Assembly (NCBI RefSeq): GCF_009914755.1
Contig: NC_060925.1
Reading direction: 5' to 3' (one strand)
Source: the human T2T-CHM13v2.0 reference genome, Homo sapiens
Length of the DNA: 64,000 bases
The notes beneath the pieces were generated by a model. It had not been told where the DNA came from and did no database searches. It saw only the letters and a program-made list of their open reading frames with translations. Made by a program: the position numbers and the translations under genes. Positions 20,795 through 64,000 of this stretch are shown here, in pieces (positions within the stretch are counted from its first letter, which is position 1; each line of letters opens with the position of its first letter).

Positions 20795-21147
20795 TAGCTA
20801 CAAATAAGATCATATTTTTTAATACATTAAGAGATATTGTTTAATTGCATCTTGTGGCGAGCTTTTCTGAAATACAAAAAAACTCCCTCTGCTTCCTACG
20901 TTTTTATTTTGATAAATGGATTTAGGAAAAAAAAATCCAAAACAAAACCCTTACTTCTTTCTTCGCAGAATTCCAGAGCTAGTCAGCTATATCCTGACCA
21001 CTGTAAGAAACAAGCTGTGCTCACAAGGCTCTGTCACAGATATTCTTTATGGAGAAAAAAAAGAATCCGAGTGGGGTCAGCAAACTACAGCCTGCCAGTT
21101 AGATGGCCCTGTTGCCTGTTTTAATGGAAAAAAAAAAAAAATCTTGT

Positions 21148-27760
<6,613 letters not shown>

Positions 27761-27847
27761 TCAGTGCCCTTTTTCTTATATCCTGTGTCTTCCTCTTTCT
27801 TAGTTTATGCTAAGGTTTTGGTGCTATATAAACTCTAGCAGCTTTCC

Positions 27848-30920
<3,073 letters not shown>

Positions 30921-31492
30921 GTAAGCTTTCTCAAAATAGATGCATGGAAAACAAATGTCTAAAAAGTTCTCATTCTACTCTCATATTTGATTGATAGTTT
31001 GATTAGATAGAAATAAGAATGTTAAAGTCATTGTTTATAGTTGCCAGTATTGCTGTTAGGAAGTTCAAAGCTATTTTAATTCCTTTGTATATGATATCCT
31101 CTCTCCTCTCCGGGAGCTTGTAAGATCTCTTTGTTAGCAGTTATAAAATTTCACAATGATAACCTTGGTATGTTTCTTTTCTCCATTTTACTGGGAACTC
31201 AGTTTCCTTTCAGTCTAGAAACCCAGTTCCTTTTATCCTCAGAAAATTTTAAAAATTATTTCACTGATGTTTTCTTCTCTCTTCATTTCTTTCTTTCTAG
31301 AAATCCATGTTCTAATTCAGAGGCATTAATTCATTAATTACATTTAATCATCTTTGTATTTCATTTCTATGAGATTCTAATTTCTTTCTTTTCCTCCCTT
31401 CCTTCCTCCCTCCCTCCTTCTCTTTCTCTCTTTCTTTCTTTCATTTTTTTGAGACAGGGTCTCACTCTGTCACCCAGCCTGGAGTGCAGTAG

Positions 31493-31774
<282 letters not shown>

Positions 31775-32659
31775 TAGCCAAGATGGTCTTGATCTCCTGA
31801 CCTCGTGATCCCCCCGCCTAGGCCTCCCAAAGTGCTGGGATTACAGGCGTGAGCCACCGCGCCCAGCCAGAGATTCTAATTTCTTAAACGATTTTCTTTT
31901 TTACCTAGATCACTGATATCTCAGACCATTCCTCTTTGTCAATAATTTGATTTTCAGTGGTGTCTATGCCATTCTTTAGCTATTTTAAAATTTATTAACT
32001 CTGTAATCATTTAATCCTTTTTTTGTTTGTTTGTTTTTGTTTGTTTTTTGAGACCGAGTCTCACTCTGTCGCCCAGCGCAATCTAGGCTCACTGCAACCC
32101 CTGACTCTTGGGTTCAAGCAATTCTCCTGCCTCAGCCTCCCAAGTAGCTGGGACTACAGGCACATGCCACCACGCCTGGCTAATTTTTGTATTTTTAGTA
32201 GAGACGGGGTTTCACTGTGTTAGCCAGGATAGTCTCGATCTCCCGACCTTGTGATCCACCTGCCTCTGCCTCCCAAAGTGCTGGAATTACAGGCGTGAGC
32301 CACCATGCCTGGCCAATCCTCTTTTTTTTGGTTCTATAATATCCTCTTTTTTATCATCTCATTACTGAACTTTTATTTATTAAATTCATGTTGTAATAAG
32401 TAGTTTTATGGTTATACAGTTGCATAGTTTTAAGAAAATTTCTTCTGTTTCTTGAGTTATATTCTTTTCAGGATAGCTTCTTTGTCTTTTACGGGACATT
32501 TTTCTTGCTTTCATTTTGTTTTCTGTAGTATATTTGTACAGCTGACATTCTGATTCTTTTGAGCTTACTCATGCTTGAGTCATGGCTCTGCCCAGATGTT
32601 TTATTTGTTTTGATATAACATAAATGAATTCTCTTTTCCTTCTGTATCTGAGACCAGCT

Positions 32660-33970
<1,311 letters not shown>

Positions 33971-34255
33971 TAAAGGGGATTTATAACACTGTCAGAAAGA
34001 CAGTCCTGTTCTCCTCACAGCTGCTTTGCTTTACTCTTTTGCAGGATTTGGCTCTACCTTGGCAAGAAAAGACAGGGAAACAGGCTTATGCAGTGAAGAA
34101 AAGCCTTCATCCTGTCTCATGGGAAAAATATTCACATACTTTTGTCAATTTCACACAGTATAGTCTAGTTTTCATTCCCTCTTTCCCATCCACTGGGTGG
34201 TTTTATTTTGTTTTAAGACAAGGAGAATTGCCAGAAGAAAAAACCCTAGGGCTTA

Positions 34256-34450
<195 letters not shown>

Positions 34451-34453
34451 TCA

Positions 34454-35194
<741 letters not shown>

Positions 35195-35781
35195 ATGAGT
35201 GTCCTATAGCACATGCCATGGTGTTTAAAACATAGGTGATCAAATTTGTTTTGTACTGCTCTAAAGGATATTATTAATTGGTGACGTTTAAACAAGGTCT
35301 GTATGTTAAAGTATGGTACCAATGTAATTTCCTGTTTTGAGAGACTATCATTTTTGGAGGAGAGGGAGGAAATACTTATTGACGTATTTAAAGGCAAAGG
35401 AAAATCATATCTGCAACTTATTCTCAGATAGCTCAGAAAATAATAATCATATATATTATATTATGTATGCATTATATATATTGAATATATATTACAAAGA
35501 AAGAGAGAGTGGCTGGGCAGTGGTTCCTGCCTGTAATTCCAGCACTTTGGGAGGCTGAGGCAGAAGCATCACTTGAGCCCAGGAATTCAAGATCAGCCTG
35601 GGCAACACTGCAAGACCTCATCTCTACAAATAATAAAAAAATTAGCTGGGCATGGTGGCATGCACCTATAGTGAGGAAGCTGAGGCAGGGGGATCCCTTT
35701 AGCCTGGGAGGCTAAGGCTGCAGTGAGCCATGACTGCTGTACTGCACTCCAGCTCGGGTGACAGACCAAGACCTTCTCTCA

Positions 35782-36089
<308 letters not shown>

Positions 36090-36509
36090 TTAATTAAGTA
36101 AAGTTACTTTATTTATTTAGGGCGCTTCGTTTTTTTTTTTTTTAAAGAATTTTCTCTCTGCAAATAATAACCTAGGTCTTCTTACTGTGAAAATGGGAAT
36201 AATATTATTTAAAGTCATCCACATTCAACCAACATTAACTACAGGCAGTAGATTCTATGCTATGTATAGTCTATATTTTATTATGTGTGAAGAGGTCTTG
36301 GTAGACAGTGATCTTACAGGCTGCTGTATTATTGCTATTTTCTATGTCATACTTCTCTTCCCCGACTAGATTATAAACTTTTCAAAGGCAGGCTTCTGAT
36401 TCTTTTCTATCTCCCATAACATCTAGTACAGTGTTACATACTTAATAATATGTGCTACTAACATCTGTACAGTATCTATAGCTTACAGAAACATTTTCTC
36501 ATAGTGACA

Positions 36510-36720
36510 AAATAGCAGAATGATTAAGAACAGAACTTCTGGAGCCAGACTGCCTAGGTATGAATCCCAGCTCAGCCAATTACCAGTTTATGTTAGAGCA
36601 AGTTACTTAACCTCTCTTCCTCAGTTTCATCTATAAAATGGGGATAATAATAGTGTTTGTCTCACAGGTTTATTATGCAGAATAAGTGAATTAATATTTG
36701 TAAAGAATTTATAATAGTGT
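36510..36720 (+). mobile_element. MIR (other MIR fragments at about 1130-1280, 17840-17990, 41300-41375, 44480-44660)
   Basis: ctggagccagactgcctaggtatgaatcccagctc...gcaagttacttaacctctc...ctataaaatggggataataatag. Confidence 0.8.
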
Positions 36721-37999
36721 TATTAACTAAAACATTAAATAAAATGTTAAGTTTAAAAATTAAACAAAATACACCCTCTAATTTAATCCTCACAACAACC
36801 ACATAAAGCAATGCCTCAATACCTCTTTACATAGGAGAAACAGAAAGTTTAGCTCTAGGAAAAATGAGATCTGTAAAGATGAATTTGCTTCCTACTGACA
36901 GACAATGGCTGCTAAATAACAGAATATGTTTCGCTGTTGGCTAAAGCTGCCTGTATACCTATAACCAAATATATGATTCAATTGTACAATACGTTTAGCT
37001 CAGGTACTTGAAAGTATTCAAGATCACCAATCAGATGGTCTCTGGTCATCTTATATGCAGTGTTTTAATATAAATGAGGAAAAACAATTATAAAAAATTA
37101 TATGTTGGGGTTTTTTAGTTCAATAACCAAATGAAATCCAAAAAAGGAAGAGCAAATGCTGCCAATCTGAAGCTAAATTTTGCAGAGAATTTCAAATGCC
37201 ACATAGCAGCTTAGACATATATCAACTTATACATTACATGGAAACTTGAGAATGTAACAAAGTCTGTAAGGGTCTCATTATGAGCCAGCCATTTAACAAA
37301 AGAAACACGGAGATGTTATTTTTGGATATAATTTGGAATGCTTCCCCTACTCAAGTCCTAAGGCTCACAGAAACCTTGAATCACTGATGTCCTGGGAGCA
37401 ATAATTTCCAGCCAGCCAATTTTTCAGCTATGTTGCACTTTAGTCATTTTTCTCTCCCTCTCAGACCCTCCACCTTGTATTGCTTCTTTGCAGCTATTAC
37501 AGTAACTGGGACTTCAGAATGTGATACAAATTATAGAAACTTGGAAAGGTTTCTTTCTGTTCTGCTTTAGCAAAATAGGAATTTCACTTTGGGAGCAGAG
37601 CAGGTAATTGTAGAATGTCTTCCTAAGAAGAAAGGCTACACAAACTTAAGAAAGCAGACAAAACTGAACTTCTATTAAAAAAAAAGTCCGTCATATTCAA
37701 GTATTCACGTTTTTTTCCCTAGTTGATTTTTACTTTTCTGACTGATTCTTCTGTCTCATCTACAGGCATTTTGCTTATCCATTCATTCATTGATTCATTC
37801 ATTCTACCAATAAATATCTTTGTACACCTACCCTATGGTAGGTGCTATGTCTAGAGTTAGGAATTCCAACTCATTTTATAAGGCCAGCATGATCCTGATG
37901 CCAAAACCAGGCAAGGATATTATGAGAAAGGAACAGGCAAATTTACTCATTAGCAAGTCAAAATAGTATGTCGAGTAGATTAAAAAGGGTCACAAACTT

Positions 38000-44266
<6,267 letters not shown>

Positions 44267-44924
44267 TCACTATGAGTTTCCCTTCAAACTTACAAGCTAT
44301 TATGGTAAAAATGCAAACAAAAACACTCTGATATTCTGTGGTTTTTTAAAGTACTGCCATTTTACATGAAATAAATATGTGATATAGAATGTTTACAAAG
44401 TTATTAAATGAGATTTGTTAAGTTTCAGTACCAAATTACAATAGTAATTACAAATTATTAAGCATCTACTATCTTTCAGGTAACGAATGGGCCACATGCC
44501 TTATAAACATGTCATTTAATTCTCACAAAAATCCTGAAAGGATTCAGGCTCACTTTACAACAGAAGAAAATGAAATTCATGAAGATCAAGGTAATTTGCC
44601 CAAAATCCCACAGCTTTTGAGCACTGAAACCCAGTCTGAACTCTATAGACCTTGTGCTCTTAACAATCATGGTGCAGTGCTGGGTATTTTTTTAAAAATC
44701 TTGAAACCATTTCTAAACATAAAATTAATAGACAATGTAGTCAGTATCAGTCTGCTAGATCCATATTGCTAAAAGCATTACAAGCTCACGCGCTCTTGTA
44801 ATACCTACTTATGAATCCAACTATAGCTCAGACTAACATCTTTAGGATTTTAAACTGCTAGTGCTCAGGTCTATCTTCACTTACCTGGGGTGGGGGGCAA
44901 GAAGAGCTGCCTTTATAAGCAGGC

Positions 44925-45215
44925 CATTCAATAATATTTATTGATTGTTCACCATGGGACATAACTGGGCCAGGTGCTGGGAATAAAATAAACAAAACAG
45001 ATATGATCCCTTCCCTTATGGAGCTTATAGTCCAGTAGGGGAAAGAGTAAATAAGAGAGCAGGCTGCTATATGTAGGCAAACAAAAGGATATAGTTTATA
45101 TTAAAAGGTCAGGATAGGTCTTTCTCAGAAATAACTTGAAGGCTAAGCTGGATTTGGAATATATGTGTTCGGAGGAGAAAGGGACTAGAGAGCATTTCAG
45201 GCAAGGAAGCTGTGT
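44925..45215 (-). mobile_element. L2 3' end, sense to EIF2B3
   Basis: cattcaataatatttattg...ccaggtgctgggaataaaataaacaaaacagatatgatcccttcccttatggagcttatagtccagt. Confidence 0.7.
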
Positions 45216-45229
45216 AAAGACCTGCAGCA

Positions 45230-45727
<498 letters not shown>

Positions 45728-46095
45728 CTAGAAGATCTAGACTATTAAACAATATCTGGGAAACAGTGGACTGCAGGCTGTTCTGGCACACAACAGCAGC
45801 CAAGAGGCATGCCAAATATATAATCTGAAAAACTTACGATTCTTTAAAAAATGCTTATGATGGAAATGCATAGCATTCTATGGGAGGAATTTAAAACTCA
45901 ATTATTTAGGTGAATCTTAGCCTTCAAATGTAACAAAATATAGGTATTGAGAAGTTTAAAATTTCATATTAAGAATGAAAACTTGACAGGAGTGATGGCT
46001 GGTACCTGTAATACCAGCTACTTGGCAGGCTGAGGTGGGAGAATTGCTTGAGGTCAAGAGTTTGAGACCAGCCTGGGCAACATAATGAGACCTAA

Positions 46096-46266
<171 letters not shown>

Positions 46267-47039
46267 TAATTTTTAAAAAATTGTTTGTAGAGATGGGGTT
46301 TCACCATGTTACCCAGGCTGGTCTCAAACTCCTGGGCTCAAGCCATCTGTTTGCCTCAGCTTCCCAAAGTGCTAGGATTACGGTCCTGAGCCATGGTGCC
46401 CCCCAGTATCTTTTTAAAAAGAAAGAAAGAAAGAGGCCAAGTGTGGTGACTCATGCCTCTAATCCCAGCACTTTGGGAGACTGAGGCAGGGAGATTGCTT
46501 TTGAGCTCAAGAGTTCGAGGCCAGCCTGGGCAACATTGTGAAACCCTGTGCCTACAAAAAATACAAAAAGTTAGCCAGGCATGGTGGCGAGTGCCTATAG
46601 TCCCAGTTACTCGGGAGGCTGAGGTGGGAGGATTGCTTGAGCCCAGGAAGCAGAGGTTTGCAGCGAGCCAAGATTGAGCCACTGCACTCTAGCCTCGGCA
46701 ACAGAGTAAGACCCTGTCTCAAAAAAAAAAAAAAAAAAAAAAAAAGAAACAAAAGGAAAGAAAAATCTTCTTAAAACATTAATCTAATCTAATTATGACA
46801 CTATCTTGTTTACTTCAACAACTTCCTCACTGTTTTGGGCAAGAATTCAAACTCTTTCGTCTGATATCTGGCTCTTCTCCAGTCCTATCTGCTTCTCTGC
46901 CTCCTATATTCACACTCCAGCTATAGAAAGTTACCAGTATACATCATACTTTTTCAGAGGATAAAGGATCCAGCTTAAAGGACTTCCATTGGCCAAACTG
47001 ACAATTTAAGCATGAAAACATTTAAAAATGGATGGTAGG

Positions 47040-47290
47040 TAGCTAATAGTTACAGTTAATTTAAAATAGAATTATGTTGTAAATATAGTTAACAAGAGTA
47101 TTGTACATTTCAAAATTGCTAAGAGAGTAAATTTCAAATGTTCTCACCATGAAAAATGTTAAGTATTTGAGGGATGGATATGTTAACCTGTTTAATTTAA
47201 TTATTCCACATTGTATACATAAATTATAACATCGCTTTGTATCCCATAAATTTATACAATTATAAATTGTTAAATTTACAATAAAAGAAA
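47040..47290 (+). mobile_element. L1MA 3' end fragment
   Basis: tttcaaaattgctaagagagtaaatttcaaatgttctcacca...cccataaatttatacaattata. Confidence 0.75.
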
Positions 47291-48175
47291 AGGAATTGTG
47301 AAAATCTGTGCATTTATAATGATACTTAAGACATAAAAACTATATATAAAGTGTATTAAAAAGTTTTATCAATGCCTATGAAAAGGGAGAAAATTTAAAG
47401 AAAAGTTCTAATGACAAGAAGAATAAGTTGATTTTTTAATTGATTTTTATAAATAGAGTACAAAGGAAACAAAAAAATTAATTATGAAACATATATCTGT
47501 TTATAAAATCTGGTTATATATTTATTTCTATCTGTGTAGGCAGAAAAGAATGAATACAGGGAATTGTAAGTAAACCAGACCTTGCAAAAGCAGAAACTAT
47601 ATGAAGAACAAAAAGACTGATCAGCATGAGTATCATCACATAACAATAATGTAGAAAAAGTATCCAACAATTAATCTGCACCAGTGATCATCTGAACACA
47701 AAAAGCAACTAGAAACAAGTTTCAATGTTATACTGGAAAATTATAATTTAACCAAACGTCCTAAAATATTAACTAGATTATTCAAATCCTAAGTATGAAG
47801 GCTCTCAGTGGCTCTATTAATAATAGTAAGAAATTAATAAGCTATACATAGTCTAATAATTGTAACAAAATATGCCAACATATAATAATGACAAAATAGT
47901 GGGTTACATAATGCTGGCAAAGCAAAACCTAAAGAATACATCATTCCAGAGGAAAACTTCAAGGAAAAAAACACATCATTCAGGAAAATTTAAACCCATA
48001 AAAGGACTACTAGAATCCTAGGAAAATAAGTATCAAAATAAGTATGTTACAATCAAAATAAGTATGTTATAATCCTAGGAAGATAAGCATGATTAACAAC
48101 TATCAGCTGGGCACAGTGGCTCATGCCTGTAATCCTAGCACTTTGGGAGACAGAGGCAGGTGGATCATGGGGTCA

Positions 48176-48445
<270 letters not shown>

Positions 48446-48550
48446 TTAGGGTGACTGAAGCATTGAAAGAACCAGCCATACTAAATTTGTGATAGTAACT
48501 TTAATTCCTTTTCTCCCCCCACCGAGATGGAGTCTTGCTCTGTTGCCTAG

Positions 48551-48784
<234 letters not shown>

Positions 48785-49056
48785 TGAGCCACCGCACCTG
48801 GCCTATTTTTAAAAGTTAATTTTAAATTGGATTTTTGTTTGTTTGTTTCTTAGATATACGTATTCAATTATTTGAGCCTTAAATACAATGCAAATAGTTC
48901 TGAATGTTCCTCTCTGCATACAAAAGGACATTAAAGAATCTAATCAATAGTTCTAAGCATTTTCCATTCAGGGACTGTGTCTTATTTGACTTTATGTCAT
49001 CAACTCCTAGCACAGAATCTGTGATGTATAGTAGATTCTTAATAAATGTTTTTTCA

Positions 49057-49287
<231 letters not shown>

Positions 49288-49943
49288 TTAAATGGAGATG
49301 GGAAAAGTCAATATCATAAAGGACAATGGATTACACAAATCATCACAAGACAAAATTAGGATGGCTTAAAACCACACAAATCAGACAATACTCTTCAAGC
49401 ATTTTTCATAGCCAAACAAGTAAAATAAATGGGGTTGTTCTCATTGAATTGTGCTGGTATAGGGTCTGGAAACTCTACCTCTCCCTTGTGTACCTCAGGA
49501 ACTGTGTGGGCAGTCCCTGAGACATCTCTGGAACCCTAGGTTCTAAGAAACAGTCTGAAAACCACCACATTGTCTATTTCTATGACTATGGAATATATGA
49601 TCTTATATTTATACATCTCTTTATAGTTTAAAAGAGCATTTTCACATAGTTTGATGACTTAATATGGCAAAGAACAATCACTTTACTACAGTACTAGGAA
49701 ATAACAGGATGAACAGAATACAATGCTTCATTCTTAGGAACTTAACATTCTATAGTAAATAATTACAATGTAACCTCAGGTATGTACAAGGCACCCATTC
49801 AATCTTATAAAAATAGCATAAGAATGACAGAAAGGCATTGTTATTATTAATATTACTGGCCTCTATTTTTATAGCTGAGAAAAATAAGGCCTGTTACCAG
49901 TGTCTGACACACAGTTGGTATTTAATAATTGTTTAACAAATGA

Positions 49944-53223
<3,280 letters not shown>

Positions 53224-54064
53224 CTACACCTGCAACTCACCATGCAGGAAGCAGCAAACGTGAACAAATCAGACCACATACATACAAACTAAAGAAACAG
53301 CCTGCAGAATCCTACTTAGAACAATGCTTAGAAAGACAAGGAGACAAATCATTACTAAAGACATTCACAGAGTTGTCATTACAACAGTACAGAAGTTGCC
53401 CCATTTCATCAGAATGAAAATGACAATTTGCTGAGGAAAAAAATCCCCTTTCTATTTTTCTAAGTTTCTCTAATAAGATGGCTGTTTTTTTGCAAGTTGA
53501 CTGATCTACAATAAATTGAACTATTAAGTATACTCCAAAATCAAGAAAATGACTCCAATGCAGATGCCTCAGAAGTGGTAACAATGTTGTCTTGGCAAAT
53601 AAATGCTGTTATCATTCGATATCTGCAAAAGTGTTTAAATCTGTCAGTACAGTGAATGCCAAACAAGTCCTGCATAATTGTGAACAGGCTGTAGGCTCAT
53701 TTCTCTCTTTGCGTTTTGATGACTTTTTGCTAAACTGAATGCAAAATCCCCAAGGATCACAAGGAACAGACCCCTCCACTCAATGTCTGGTTGCCATCTG
53801 TTCTTAGTGTGAAAAGAAAGGCGTGGGTCTGAAAGCACAGGGCCTAGCATACAGACGGAGGTGCTGTTCCATCAGCCCCTCTCCTGCCTCTGTTCCCAGA
53901 GAATGCACCATGTAAGAGTCACTGAGACCAAACACATCTCATCCTCTGTGCAACTCCATCACTTCCAAAGGAAAGTGTTTGTTGTCTGATCAATTTCCAA
54001 AGCTGGAAATCTCAGAAGAAGAAAGAAAGGAAAGCTAAATCACACTTATACCTTCATAATACCT

Positions 54065-64000
<9,936 letters not shown>

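Overview
Human (hominid) genomic DNA from inside the EIF2B3 gene (eIF2B gamma subunit; established locus 1p34.1), transcribed on the minus strand. The only bona fide coding sequence is three small internal exons: 49125-49284 (160 nt), 34257-34368 (112 nt) and 4982-5071 (90 nt). These are exons 4-6 by recalled numbering, about T99-G219. They have canonical AG/GT ends and splice in frame. The rest is intron, very dense in Alus (about 70 copies or fragments by manual count, roughly 30% of the window), plus L1, L2, MIR, MaLR/ERVL LTRs, a MADE1 MITE and a 5S rRNA pseudogene. Nearly all ORFs in the supplied track are Alu or L1 read-throughs. I see no evidence of a new multi-gene system. The best leads are: (1) a candidate L2-derived 92-nt poison exon in intron 4 whose donor doubles as a recursive-splice motif; (2) a strong orphan acceptor 534 nt into intron 6; (3) an AluYa5-type insertion nested in an older Alu; (4) a 329-bp tandem duplication made by Alu-Alu unequal crossover; (5) a MADE1 hairpin with an A24 loop; (6) a twin-primed L1; and (7) very closely spaced inverted Alus in the pre-mRNA of a PKR/eIF2 pathway gene. 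Repeat boundaries and subfamilies were called by eye and are approximate.
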